Assembly (NCBI GenBank): GCA_963727485.1
Contig: CAVSGM010000003.1
Coordinates: forward strand, 672,001-736,000
DNA from: an uncultured delta proteobacterium
Lineage (GTDB): Bacteria; Myxococcota; Myxococcia; SLRQ01
Length of the DNA: 64,000 bases
Direction: 5' to 3'
The notes beneath the pieces are model-generated. The model had not been told where the DNA came from, did no database searches, and was given only the letters and a program-made list of their open reading frames with translations. The position numbers and the translations under genes were made by a program. Shown here piece after piece: positions 1 to 9,482 of this stretch (positions within the stretch are counted from its first letter, which is position 1; every line of letters starts with the position of its first letter).

Positions 1-489
1 GCGGTCCTCACCACGCTCCTCTCGCTGGTGTGGCCGGCGCTGGCGGGGGCGCGGATCATGGGCCCCTACCCGGTCCTCGAGGGGCTGGTCATCGCCTGGG
101 GCCTCACCTTCCCCCGGCAGTCGGTCTACCTCTTCTTCGTCCTCCCGGTGCAGGGGATCCACCTCGTCTACCTCACGGTGGGCGTGGTGGTGGTCTACAT
201 CCTCTTCAGCGGGCAGCTCGCGCCGTTCATGCCCCAGATCTTCGGCATGGCGCTGGGGGCGGTCATCGTCACCGGGGTGTGGAAGCCGCGGTTCCTGGTG
301 CTGCGGTGGCGGAAGTTCAAGGTCGAGCGCGAGCTCGAGCAGGAGCGCCGGCGCCGCAAGAGCCGGGTCTCCAAGGCCGACCACCTCCGGGTCATCGACG
401 ACGAGGACAACGCGGACGACGAGGACGACGGTGGGCCGAAGCCGCCCCGCCGGGGCAACGGGGCCCCGGACGGCGGCTGGCTGAACTAG
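1..489 (+). CDS. Rhomboid-like intramembrane protein, C-terminal part (runs off the left edge)
   Basis: Open frame from base 1; several hydrophobic helices (WGLTFPRQSVYLFFVLPV resembles rhomboid-family segments), then a basic and an acidic tail. Catalytic motifs not seen. Confidence 0.55.
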   Translation, partial: AVLTTLLSLVWPALAGARIMGPYPVLEGLVIAWGLTFPRQSVYLFFVLPVQGIHLVYLTVGVVVVYILFSGQLAPFMPQIFGMALGAVIVTGVWKPRFLVLRWRKFKVERELEQERRRRKSRVSKADHLRVIDDEDNADDEDDGGPKPPRRGNGAPDGGWLN

Positions 490-508
490 GCGCCTCGGCG
501 GCGGCGGG

Positions 509-3097
509 TCAGGCGACCCGGCGCCGGCGCATCGCCATGAGGCCCAGGAGGATCAGCGCCGGGATCACCGCGTCGGCGGGGCTCCCGGTGGACGCGTCGC
601 AGCTGCAGCCGCCGGCGGTCTTCACCGTCACGTGGATGATGGCGTCGCCGAGCTTGGTCCCACTGGCGTCGTAGGCGGTGGCGGTGATGGTGTCCTTTCC
701 CGGCTTCAGCTCGAGGTTCGCCGAGAACGCGCCCTCGGCGCCGAAGGTCGCCTGGACGCCGTTGACCTTCACCCGGTCGGCGCTGCCGTAGCTCACGGTG
801 CCGGCGACCAGGACCTTGACCTGGTTGAGGACGTCGCCGTCGGCGGGGAAGGAGATGTCCACCGCGCCACCGCCGGTGTTCGAGCCCGGGGTCAGGGCCA
901 CCTCGAGGGCCTGGCGCTGGCCGGGGACCACGGTCACCGAGCCCTCGAAGGCCTGGTAGCCGTCGGCGGTGATGCTCACCGGGAAGGTGCCGGCGGGCGT
1001 GTCCACCGAGAACTTGCCGTCGGCGCCGGTCTGGGCCTGCTGCTGCTGGCTCCCGGTGCCCACGGTGACGCTGGCGCCCTGGAGCACCGCGCTCTTGCCC
1101 TGGGTGGCGTCGTAGACCAGGCCGTCCACGCCGGTGACCTGGCCGGTGTAGGTGACGGTGACGCTGGCCTTGCCCACGTTGCCGGCGGCGTCGGTGGCGG
1201 CGACGGTGATCTTGTTGTCCCCGGGCTTGAGGGAGAAGGGCACGCTGAAGCCACCCTTGCTCAAGGTGGCGGCGGCGCCGTTGACGGTGAGGTCGCTGAT
1301 CGCCGACTGGTCGGAGACGGTGCCCACCACCTGCACGTCGGGGAGGTCGAGGACGGCGCCGTCGCTGGGCGCGGTGATCACCACGGTCGGCGGGGTGGTG
1401 TCGGTGGTGCCCCCGGGCTTGAGCACCATGGTCGAGCCCCAGCTCACCGCGCCGGTGGTCACCGTCACCGGGTTGGGCCGGTCGTTGGCGAGGTAGCCGG
1501 TGGCCGCGGCGTGGACGGTGTAGGTCCCCGGTGCCAGGCTGATCTGGTAGTAGCCGCTGGAGTTGGTGGTGATGCTCCTGCCGCCGGGGCTGAAGCTCAC
1601 CGTGGCGCCGGCGAGGCGCTTGCTGGTGTCGGTGAGGTTGGTGTTGTAGTCGCTCTGCTGGTTGCCCCAGAACACGAAGCCCTTCACGGTGCCGCTGGAG
1701 CTGGTGTCCTGGGCGAGCATCACGCTGCCCCAGCTGGTGGTGCCCGCGGAGACGGTGACGCTCTTGGAGGCGGTCTGGTAGCCGCTCTTCGAGGCGGTCA
1801 CCTTGTAGGTCCCCGGCGCCAGCGTGAAGGTGTAGATGCCGTTGGCGTCGGTGGTGGTCGACTTGCCGTTGTCGAGCTTCACGGTGGCGCCGGAGATGCG
1901 CTTGGCCGGGTCGCTCTTGTCGGTGTTGAAGTCGGTGCCCCAGAAGATGGCGCCGGTGAGGGTGCCGGTGCTCGAGGTGCCGCCGCCGCCCTGGACCAGG
2001 CTCATGTAGTACGACCAGTTCCAGTACTTGCCCGGGTCGGTGTGGGTGTTGCAGTCGGAGAGGTCGACGTGGCCCTTGAAGCCGCGCGCCGACGAGGGGC
2101 CGCCCTCGGGGCCGGCGTGGTGGTACTTGGGGATGCCGTACTTGTCGGCGAGCCACCGGCCCAGCGCCGCCGAGGCCTTGTACATGGCGGCGGTGTAGGC
2201 GTTGGGATCGCTGACGTAGCCCTCGTGCTCGATCCCGATGGCCCAGTCGTTCCAGCAGCGGGCGTGCCAGGCGGTGTCCTTGTCCTGCACCATCTGGGTG
2301 ACCTCGCCGCCCTTGCTCACCACGTAGTGGGCCGAGACATTGGACGAGGGGTTCTTGAACCAGCTGATGGCGCCCAGGTAGCTGCCCTGGATGGTGTGGA
2401 TGACGATGGTGCGGATGTGGCCGCCGCTCCCGGAGCGGCCGACCCGGTAGTTCGAGGGGTCGGCGGGGCGCCAGATGGCGTTGGGGTAGTCGGGGGTGAG
2501 GTAGTCCTCGTGGGTGGTGAACATCAGGTTGCCCTGGATGTTCACCGGGCTGGGGGTGAGGTGCACCACCACCCCGTCGGCGAAGAGCTTCCGGGTGCCC
2601 AGCTGCAGGGCCTGGTAGACGCCCTTGGCGTAGGACTCGGCGAGATCGGGGTCGTCGTAGCCCGAGTAGCGCTCGAGCACTTCGAACCAGTCGGAGAGCA
2701 CCTTGGGGTTCCGGCTGGGGTACTCGGCGAAGTAGTGGTCGGCGACGTGCCGGAGGACGGCGGCGGCGCCCTGGATGTTGGCCGTCGGGTCGTGCTCCAG
2801 GGCGTCCAGGGGCAGGCCGGTGAGGCGGTGGGCCTCCTGGAGGGTCGAGCCGTCCTTGAGGTTCATCAGGCCGTAGCCGCCCTCGATGTTCCGGTGGGGC
2901 GGCATGAACCAATGGCTCTCCTGCCAGCCGATGGCCTCGAGGAGGCGCTGGGGGACGCCCTGGTGGGCGGCGGCGTCGCGAAAGGCCGCGGAGATGGTCG
3001 CGCCGTCCTGGCCGGGGTGGGCCGGGCCACCGCATGCGGCGAGGGCCGCGGTCAGGGCCGCGCAGGCGAGTACGAGTGGGAGCCGTCGAGTGGCCAT
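509..3097 (-). CDS. Surface peptidoglycan hydrolase: lysozyme/SLT-like domain + N-acetylmuramoyl-L-alanine amidase (Amidase_2) + carboxypeptidase-regulatory-like/Ig repeats + MYXO-CTERM
   Basis: ATG 3097 with GGAGG RBS; lipobox LAAC; QES..GYGLM; amidase motifs IVIHT, SAHYVV, AWHA, IGIEHEG, GH..HTDPG; C-terminus GGCSC-hydrophobic-RRRR. Confidence 0.85.
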   Translation of the reverse strand: MATRRLPLVLACAALTAALAACGGPAHPGQDGATISAAFRDAAAHQGVPQRLLEAIGWQESHWFMPPHRNIEGGYGLMNLKDGSTLQEAHRLTGLPLDALEHDPTANIQGAAAVLRHVADHYFAEYPSRNPKVLSDWFEVLERYSGYDDPDLAESYAKGVYQALQLGTRKLFADGVVVHLTPSPVNIQGNLMFTTHEDYLTPDYPNAIWRPADPSNYRVGRSGSGGHIRTIVIHTIQGSYLGAISWFKNPSSNVSAHYVVSKGGEVTQMVQDKDTAWHARCWNDWAIGIEHEGYVSDPNAYTAAMYKASAALGRWLADKYGIPKYHHAGPEGGPSSARGFKGHVDLSDCNTHTDPGKYWNWSYYMSLVQGGGGTSSTGTLTGAIFWGTDFNTDKSDPAKRISGATVKLDNGKSTTTDANGIYTFTLAPGTYKVTASKSGYQTASKSVTVSAGTTSWGSVMLAQDTSSSGTVKGFVFWGNQQSDYNTNLTDTSKRLAGATVSFSPGGRSITTNSSGYYQISLAPGTYTVHAAATGYLANDRPNPVTVTTGAVSWGSTMVLKPGGTTDTTPPTVVITAPSDGAVLDLPDVQVVGTVSDQSAISDLTVNGAAATLSKGGFSVPFSLKPGDNKITVAATDAAGNVGKASVTVTYTGQVTGVDGLVYDATQGKSAVLQGASVTVGTGSQQQQAQTGADGKFSVDTPAGTFPVSITADGYQAFEGSVTVVPGQRQALEVALTPGSNTGGGAVDISFPADGDVLNQVKVLVAGTVSYGSADRVKVNGVQATFGAEGAFSANLELKPGKDTITATAYDASGTKLGDAIIHVTVKTAGGCSCDASTGSPADAVIPALILLGLMAMRRRRVA

Positions 3098-3134
3098 GCT
3101 GCCTCCAGGGGTCGAAGCCGAGGAGCCAGACAAC

Positions 3135-3149
3135 GCATCCCACGTGCCA
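3135..3149 (-). promoter_or_regulatory. Putative sigma54 (-24/-12) promoter of the amidase gene
   Basis: Minus strand reads TGGCACGTGGGATGC (GG-N10-GC; consensus TGGCACG-N4-TTGC), about 38 bp upstream of the ATG. Confidence 0.6.
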
Positions 3150-3307
3150 GGGCAGGGCGCACCTTGCCATCCGCAACTGACCGGAATCACAGGGGGTGAA
3201 TCGGTCCGGGGTGTCGCCCTTGACGACGCCCCCCGGCAAACTGTCGCGTGCATGGACAGTCGGCCGTAATGGTGCGTTACGTTCTGCGCCCGGGAGGGTG
3301 CGACCGA

Positions 3308-6300
3308 TCAGCCGGAGACGATCTTGCCACCGTGGTGGTAGACGAAGATCCGGGAGACGTTGGTCCGGGCCGGGTCCTCGGGCGTGAGGAAGAAGCCCGG
3401 GGCGCCCTCCTGGGGGTCGTCGGCGAAGCCGCGGATCTCCCGGCCGGTGGGGAAGCGGACCACCACCCGCCGGCCCTGGGGCGGGCGGGGCCGCTCGCCG
3501 GGCTCGAGGACGAAGAACACCGCGGAGATCTGCTCGATGGGCACCGGCTCGGCCGCGCCGCCGGCCATGGGCTGCACCGCGACGGCCGCGGCCTCGAGGT
3601 CGGCGTCGTGGAGCCGGCCGCGCTTGGCCTGGCCCTGCATGGTGTGGACGACGACCCGGTGGTCCCCGGCCACGAAGGCGGTCGCCCCGAGCGCCTCGCC
3701 GAAGGCGGCGCTGCCCGCCTCGAAGGGCACGTCGTCCTCGATGATCTCGCCGCGGACCACCGGTGTCGCGTCCGCCTCGGGCGCAGGCGGCCGGACGGGG
3801 ATCCCGTAGGCAGGCGTCGGCGTAGGTCGCTGGGCGAAGCCCGGCGGGACCGCCGCCGGCGGGGGCGGTGCGGGCGGGGGCGGCATCGGCGGTGCGGGCG
3901 GGGGCGGCGGCGCGGCCTGGGGCGGCGGCGCGGCCTGGGGCGGCGGCACGGCCTGGGGCGGCGGCGCGGCCTGGGGCGGCGGCGCGGCCTGGGGCGGCGG
4001 CACAGCCTGGGGCGGCGGCGCGGCCTGGGGCGGCGGCGCGGCCTGGGGCGGCGGCGCGGCCTGGGGCGGCGGCGCGGCGTCTTCGCCGAAGTCCTCGATG
4101 AGGAAGTCGTCGGGCGCCAGCTCCTCGATGGGCTCGAGCCCCTCGGTGGAGAGGTTCACATCGATGTCGTCGTCGGTGGTGTCGAAGGGCGTGGGGAAGG
4201 CGGTGGACCCGAAGGGTGAGTCTGCGGGGAGCCCGAGGGCCGCCTCGTCGACGATGACCCCGGGGACCGGCTCCGCCTCGGCGACCAGAATCCTCGACGC
4301 CGACGTCCACGTCGATGTCGTCGTCGGTCTCCGCCTCGTCCGCCGCAGCGGCCCGGTCGGCGTTGGGATCGAAGAACACGCCCCCAGCCGGCTCGAAGGG
4401 CGGGGCGTCGGGCACCTGCCAGCTGTCGCCTTGCACCGGGGCAGGCTCGACGGCGGGCGGCTCCGGGGCGGCGGGCTCGGGGGTGGCGGGCGCGAAGGCC
4501 GCCGGGTCCCAGGCCGCCGGGTCCTCGGCCGCAGGCGGCGCGGGCTCGGGTGCTGGCGGCTGCAGCTCGTCGGCGCCCACTTCCTCGCCGCCGAGATCCG
4601 ACAGGTCCCAGGCCTCGGCTGCGTCCAGGGGTGCCGGCTCGGTGGCCTCCGTCGGCGCCGAGGGCACGGCGGCGTCGGATTCTGTCGGCACCAGCTCCGC
4701 CGGCGCGAAGGCTGCGGGATCCCACGCCTCGACCTCGGCCCCCACCTCCGAAGCGGCGGGCGCGGCGTCCGCGGGGGTGAGCGCCACCGGGTCCAGGGCT
4801 TCCGGCTCGGGCGCAGGCTCGGGCGCGGGCGCGGGCTCGGGCGGTGCGGCCTCGAGCCCGGCGAGATCCCAGCTCTCGGTGGCAGGCGGCTCGACCGGGG
4901 CTGGTGGCAAAGGCGCAGGCGGATCGGCGGCCGCCTCGGTCGGGGTGACCTCCTGCGCCCCCAGGTCCCAGGCCTCGGGTGCAGGGTCGGTGGCCGGCGC
5001 CGGAGGGGCTCCCTCGGGCGCCGCGGCCTCCCCCCAGGCACCCGTGTCCCAACTCTCGGCCGCGGGCGGCCCGGCGTCAGGGGGCTCGGCCGCCGGGGCG
5101 TCCGCGCTGTCGGCGCCGGTGTCCTGGTTGGCCTCGGCGGCCATGTCCAGGAAGTCGGCGGCGTCGTTGGAGATCTGCATCTCCCCGTCGTCGTCGCCGA
5201 CGTCGAGCTCGATGGGGGCCACCGGCTCGGCAGGCGCCGGCGGCGTCCCGGTGGCGTCCTCGGGTTGCGTCCCGATCGCCGGGCCCTCGCCGAGGGTGTT
5301 GGCGTGGTCGGTCTCGCCCTCGGTCGCGGCGGCTTCGGCCGCCGCGGCCTCCTGGGCCGCCGCGCGCGCCGCGGTGTCCCGGTTGGCCTCGGCGGCCATG
5401 TCCAGGAAGTCCGCCGGGCTCGCGGTGAGGGTCATCGGCGCGACGTCGTCGGGCATCTCCGGGCCGAGCTCGAGGGCCTCGGGCTCGGCGGGTGGCGCGG
5501 GCTCCTCTGCCGGCACCGGGAGGGGACCGGCCTCCACGGGCGCGGCCTCCTCGCCCCAGGCCGCGTCGGCGGGAGCGGCGGCGGCGAGCGGCGTGTCCTC
5601 GGTGGCCGCCGGCGGCGCGTCGGCTGCTGGAGGCGTGGCATTCGCCTCGGCGGCCATGTCCAGGAAGTCGGCGGCGTCGCGGGAGACGGGAACCGCGTCG
5701 GGCTCCGGCGCCTCGTCGGTCACCTCGGCCAACCCCAGGAACTCCCCGGCCGAGTGGGTCACCTCGAGAGCGGGGACATCGCCCGCGGCCTCGGTCTCGT
5801 CGGCGGTGCCGATGAACGCGCCGGTGTCGTGGGTGATCTCCATGGGCCCCGGGTCCTGGGCGAGGGTCGCGAGGGGGGCATGCTCGGTCTCCGGGGTCAC
5901 CTCGTCCGTCGCCCAGGCTGCGGGGCTCTCCACGTCGGGCAGCTCGGGCTCCGGCGGCGGGGCGTACGACGCCGAGGTCGGGAGCCCAGGGTCGGCGGCG
6001 GCCGGCGCCGGCGGCGCGGGCGCGGGCGCCGGCGGCTCGGGGGCGGGGGGCGCGGCCTCGACGGGCGGCTCGGGCGCAGGCGCCGGCGGCTCGGGGGCGG
6101 GGGGCGCGGCCTCGACGGCCGGCTCGGGCGCGGGCGCCGGCGGCACGGGCGCGAAGGGAGCGGCCTCGACGGGCGGCTCGGGCGCAGGCGCCGGCGGCTC
6201 GGGGGCGGGGGGCGCGGCCTCGACGGGCGGCTCGGGCGCAGGCGCCGGCGGCTCGGGGGCGGGGGGCGCGGCCTCGACGGGCGGCTCGGGCGCGGACGCC

Positions 6301-7039
6301 GGCGGCTCGGGGGCGGGGGGCGCAGCCTCGACGGGCGGCTCGGGCGCAGGCGCCGGCGGCTCGGGGGCGGGGGGCGCAGCCTCGACGGGCGGCTCGGGCA
6401 CAGGCGCCGGCGGCTCGGGAGCGAAGGGCGCGGCCTCTACGGGCGGCTCGGGCGGGGGGCGCGAAGGCGCCGGGTCCGGCGCGGGGCCCGGCCGCAAGGG
6501 CGCGGCCTCGAGGGGCGGCTCGCGGGCACAGGCGCCGGCGGCACGGGCGCGAAGGGCGCGGCCTCGACGGGCGGCTCGGGCGCGGGCGCGAACGGCGCCG
6601 CCTCGGTCGCCGACGGGCCGAAGCTGCTGGCGAACCCGGCATCGAGGGCGGCGTCGAGATCGTCAGCCCCCGCGAGGAGGTCCGCGGCCGAGGGCTGGTC
6701 CATCCCACCGGCGGCCGCCTCGGCGCTGGGCGCCTCGGCGTCGGGCGCCTCGACCTCGTCGAGGCTCATGAGCGCGTCGTCGTCGACGAAGGGCACGTCG
6801 TCGTCGTCGTCCGCGGGGCCGAAGGGCGAGCCGGGGATGTCCCCGGAGAAGGCCGAGGCGCTCGCCGGCCCCCCGGGCTCCACGTACGTGCCCGGCGGGG
6901 GGATGCCCTCGGGGAAGTTCGCGTCGAGGTAGGCCTTGAGCTCCTGCCAACGCGCGGTGCCGGCGCCGTCCAGAACGCCCTGCACCCGCTGCTGCTCCAA
7001 GAAGTCGAACTCGCGCAGGACGTCCCGCAGACCACTCAT
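3308..7039 (-). CDS. FrgA-like/DUF6982-like large low-complexity Pro/Ala/Glu-rich protein (two apparent frameshifts, ~6520 and ~4290)
   Basis: Joined from ORFs 6437..7039, 486..6497 (first part) and 3308..5041 (last part). Globular C-terminus HRVVVHTMQGQAKRG...REIRGF...GFFLTP resembles myxobacterial FrgA-type proteins. Confidence 0.6.
3905..4078 (-). repeat. 18-bp coding tandem repeat (QAAPPP)n, about 9 copies
   Basis: gcggcctggggcggcggc units in tandem inside the FrgA-like CDS. Confidence 0.9.
6010..6600 (-). repeat. 54-bp coding tandem repeat (PEPPVEAAPPAPEPPAPA)n, about 10 copies
   Basis: Near-identical units gcggcctcgacgggcggctcgggcgcaggcgccggcggctcgggggcgggggg. Confidence 0.9.
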
Positions 7040-7195
7040 GCTGGAGGCACTCCTTGCACCACTGAACCGCGCCGACCGGGGGGAAAGGGACGCGACGACA
7101 GCGACTGCCGCATGTCCGCATGGTAGCAGCGGGCAAAGCGGCGCTTCAAGGCGTCAGGCGCCCAAAATGCCAAGGTTTTTCGCCCGGGAGGGCCC

Positions 7196-8413
7196 TCAGC
7201 GCCCGCTGATCACCTCGACGCGGTAGCCCCGCTCCTCGAGGCGGGCGACGATCGCGTCCACGTGGTCCGGCCCGCGGGTCTCGAGGGTGAGCTCCACGTC
7301 GGTCTCGCCCAGGGACGCCGCCCGGGTGAAGGCCCGGTCGTGGGTGATCTGGAGGATGTTGGCCTTGAGCTCGCCGACGACCTGCGTCAGCCGCCCCAGC
7401 GCCCCGGGGATGTCCCGGACCTTCACCGTGAGCTGGACCATGCGGCCGTCCTTCACCAGGCCCCGCTCGATGATCCGCGAGAGGAAGTTCACGTCGATGT
7501 TCCCCCCGGAGAGGATCATCACGACCTTCTTCCCCGAGAGGTCGACCCGCCGGTTGATCACCGCCGCCAGCGGCGCCGCCCCCGCCCCCTCGGCCAGGGT
7601 CTTGTCGCGCTCGAGGAGCAGCAGGATGGCGCTGGCGATCTCCTCCTCGTCGACGGTGACCATCTCGTCGACGTAGCGCTGCACCACCGGGAGGGTCTTC
7701 TCCCCCGGGCGCTTCACCGCGATCCCGTCGGCGATGGTCAGCGCCGGGTGGATCTCCACCGGCGTCCCGGCCTCGAGGCTCTCGACCATGGAGGGCAGGG
7801 CCGCCGTCTGGACCCCGATGACCTGGATCTTGGGGTTGGTCTCCTTGAGGGCCACCGCCACCCCGCTGATGAGCCCCCCGCCCCCCACCGGCACCACCAC
7901 CGCCTCCATGAAGGGGTTCTGCTCCAGCAGCTCGAGGCCGATGGTCCCCTGGCCCGCCATCACCTCCTCGTCGTCGAAGGGGTGGACGAAGGTCGCGCCG
8001 TCGTCCCGGGTGATCTCCCGGGCCCGGGCGTAGGCGTCGTCGTAGCTGGCGCCGTGGAGGACCACCTCGGCGCCGAAGTCGCGGGTGGCGTTGACCTTGA
8101 TGAGGGGCGTGCCCTCGGGCATGACGATCTTGGCCCGGAGCCCCAGCCGGCCCGCGTGGTAGGCGACCCCCTGGGCGTGGTTCCCGGCGCTGGCGGCGAC
8201 CACCCCGGCGGCCTTCTCCGCATCGGTGAGGGTCAGCAGGCGGTTGAGGGCTCCCCGCTCCTTGAACGAGCCGGTAAGCTGCAGGTTCTCCATCTTGAAG
8301 AACGCGGAAATGCCACAGAGGCGGCTGAACGTTTCAGAACGGGCGCAGGGCGTCTGGTAGACGAACTCGGAGATCCGTCGCCGGGCGGCCTCGATCTGCT
8401 TGAAGGAGAGCAT
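7196..8413 (-). CDS. ilvA: Threonine ammonia-lyase (single C-terminal ACT domain)
   Basis: PLP motif ENLQLTGSFKERGA, ASAGNHAQG, VGGGGL, SGGN; ACT domain DIPGAL. Confidence 0.93.
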   Translation of the reverse strand: MLSFKQIEAARRRISEFVYQTPCARSETFSRLCGISAFFKMENLQLTGSFKERGALNRLLTLTDAEKAAGVVAASAGNHAQGVAYHAGRLGLRAKIVMPEGTPLIKVNATRDFGAEVVLHGASYDDAYARAREITRDDGATFVHPFDDEEVMAGQGTIGLELLEQNPFMEAVVVPVGGGGLISGVAVALKETNPKIQVIGVQTAALPSMVESLEAGTPVEIHPALTIADGIAVKRPGEKTLPVVQRYVDEMVTVDEEEIASAILLLLERDKTLAEGAGAAPLAAVINRRVDLSGKKVVMILSGGNIDVNFLSRIIERGLVKDGRMVQLTVKVRDIPGALGRLTQVVGELKANILQITHDRAFTRAASLGETDVELTLETRGPDHVDAIVARLEERGYRVEVISGR

Positions 8414-9482
8414 GGCGGCGCGAGCCTACCACAGGGAATCCCGGCCGACCGCGGCACTGCGGGCGTCGATCTTCGCCCTCTTCGCGGTGGCCGTCCTGGC
8501 CGCCGGGGCCGGCCGTCACCTCGCCTGGGCGAGCCCCCTGACCATCCAGGCGGGCCCCGCCGCGGGCACCCCCACCGCCCTGCGGATCACCGGGCGGGTC
8601 GTCACCCCCGGGGCCTCCGCCTTCGTCCCAAGGCGGCCCACCGGCGAGTCCCCGGCCTCGGACAACCTCGGCGCCTTCCTGGTCCACGACGTCGAGGACG
8701 CGAAGGTCGTGGTCACCGTCGCCGGGCACCGCGCCGAGACCACCAGCGGCGACGAGGGCTTCTTCCAGGTCACCCTCGGGAAGGACCGGCCCCTCAAGCC
8801 CGGGACCTTCGTGGTCACCATCGAGGCCACCCGGCGCCACGACCGGGGCCACAGGACCCTCTACGCCCAGGTCGTCCCCGCCGGCCCCGGCCTCACCGTG
8901 GTCAGCGACTTCGACGACACCGTCGTCGTCACCGGCGTCCGGGACCTCTCGACCCTGGTGGACAACGCCTTCCTCAAGGCCCCCGAGGCGGTGACGCCCG
9001 TGCCCCGGATGGCGAGCCTCTACCGCTGCCTCGCCGCCGGCGGCGACACCCCGCGCGTCATCCAGTACGTCACCGCCACCCCGATGAACCTCCAGTCCCG
9101 GCTGATGCGCGTCCTCGCCTACCGCCGCTTCCCCCGGGGCCCCGTGGTCCTCAAGCGCCTCTCGCTGAAGACCCTGGGCGACCTCAAGGGTTACAAGGTC
9201 CACGCCATCCTCGACCTCGCCCGGCGCTTCCCGGACCACCGCTTCGTCCTCCTCGGCGACGACGGCCAGAAGGACCCGGAGGTCTACCGGGCGGTGCAGG
9301 CCAGGCTCAAGGGCCGGGTGGCGGCAATCCTCATCCGCCAGGTCCCCGGGGTGAAGGTCACCCCCGGCCGCCTCGCGGGGATGATCCCCTTCCACGACGG
9401 CCGGGACGCCGCCGCCGCCCTGGCCACCCGCGGCCTCATCAGCCGCACCTGCGCCCAGGCCGTCACCGTCGCCGCGCGATGA
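8412..9482 (+). CDS. App1-family phosphatidate phosphatase (DUF2183), probably exported
   Basis: VVSDFDDTV and FVLLGDDGQKDPEVY motifs; N-terminal hydrophobic segment. Start uncertain. Confidence 0.75.
   Translation: MAARAYHRESRPTAALRASIFALFAVAVLAAGAGRHLAWASPLTIQAGPAAGTPTALRITGRVVTPGASAFVPRRPTGESPASDNLGAFLVHDVEDAKVVVTVAGHRAETTSGDEGFFQVTLGKDRPLKPGTFVVTIEATRRHDRGHRTLYAQVVPAGPGLTVVSDFDDTVVVTGVRDLSTLVDNAFLKAPEAVTPVPRMASLYRCLAAGGDTPRVIQYVTATPMNLQSRLMRVLAYRRFPRGPVVLKRLSLKTLGDLKGYKVHAILDLARRFPDHRFVLLGDDGQKDPEVYRAVQARLKGRVAAILIRQVPGVKVTPGRLAGMIPFHDGRDAAAALATRGLISRTCAQAVTVAAR

Noticed and set aside
1..560. Rhomboid-like gene acting as the sortase for the adjacent MYXO-CTERM protein
   Set aside because: The genes are convergent, the rhomboid is partial with no catalytic motif visible, and MYXO-CTERM processing is attributed to a different (CPBP-type) protease family.
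3905..6600. Tandem repeats as a possible CRISPR array
   Set aside because: Periods are multiples of 3, there are no unique spacers, they lie inside a CDS, and no cas genes are present.
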